63,558 nucleotides of DNA from Octopus bimaculoides (lineage: Eukaryota): positions 54,608,344 through 54,671,901 of the forward strand of contig NC_068984.1 of assembly GCF_001194135.2 (NCBI RefSeq), written 5' to 3'. This document shows positions 63,329-63,558 of this stretch, piece after piece. Each line of letters begins with the position of its first letter. The first letter of the stretch is position 1. The notes under the pieces are model-generated. The model was not told where the DNA came from and did not search any database. It saw nothing but the letters and a program-made list of their open reading frames with translations. The position numbers were made by a program, and so were the translations under genes.

Positions 63329-63512
63329 CATTATTACTTCCATTAATCTCTGTTCCGTTATTCACAATGCTATACTTATTAGTATTTTCCCCGTTCTCGT
63401 GGTTACCAGTATTAGCTACGCTGTATCAAGATCCTGCGGACGTGTGATTTCAACAACTAGTATTACGCCATGAATCTACGCTATTTCAGACAATATTGTT
63501 AGTTTACACTTC

Positions 63513-63526
<14 letters not shown>

Positions 63527-63558
<32 letters not shown>
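63527..63558. repeat. (TA)n microsatellite at the window end
   Basis: Direct reading. Confidence 0.95.

Overview
AT-rich eukaryotic non-coding or intronic DNA with eight assembly gaps, dense microsatellites and many transposon remnants. I can support no intact protein-coding gene, rRNA, true tRNA or CRISPR array. The tRNA-headed SINE families and repeat landscape resemble a cephalopod (Octopus-like) genome; this is inference from recalled repeat families, not a search. Identifiable elements: a TIR-bounded Tc1-type transposon with a D..D36E spacing (534-1815), a maT/mariner-like remnant (44.3-45.4 kb), decayed RTE, R4/Dong-like and Tx1/L1-like LINEs, and many SINEs. Four structures stand out. 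(1) At 24.8-28.55 kb three diverged ORF1-only (gag-like CCHC, no RT) retroelements are nested: two TSD-flanked copies sit antisense inside a third, and a SINE at 5.9 kb shares their 3' tail. (2) At 49.3-49.9 kb a 223-bp inverted repeat carries a minimal type-I hammerhead ribozyme in each arm (Penelope-like pLTR). (3) At 8.66-10.11 kb a TSD-flanked RTE LINE has a twin-priming-type 5' inversion. (4) At 40.1-41.0 kb four SINEs form a head-to-tail array. All alignments and counts were done by eye.
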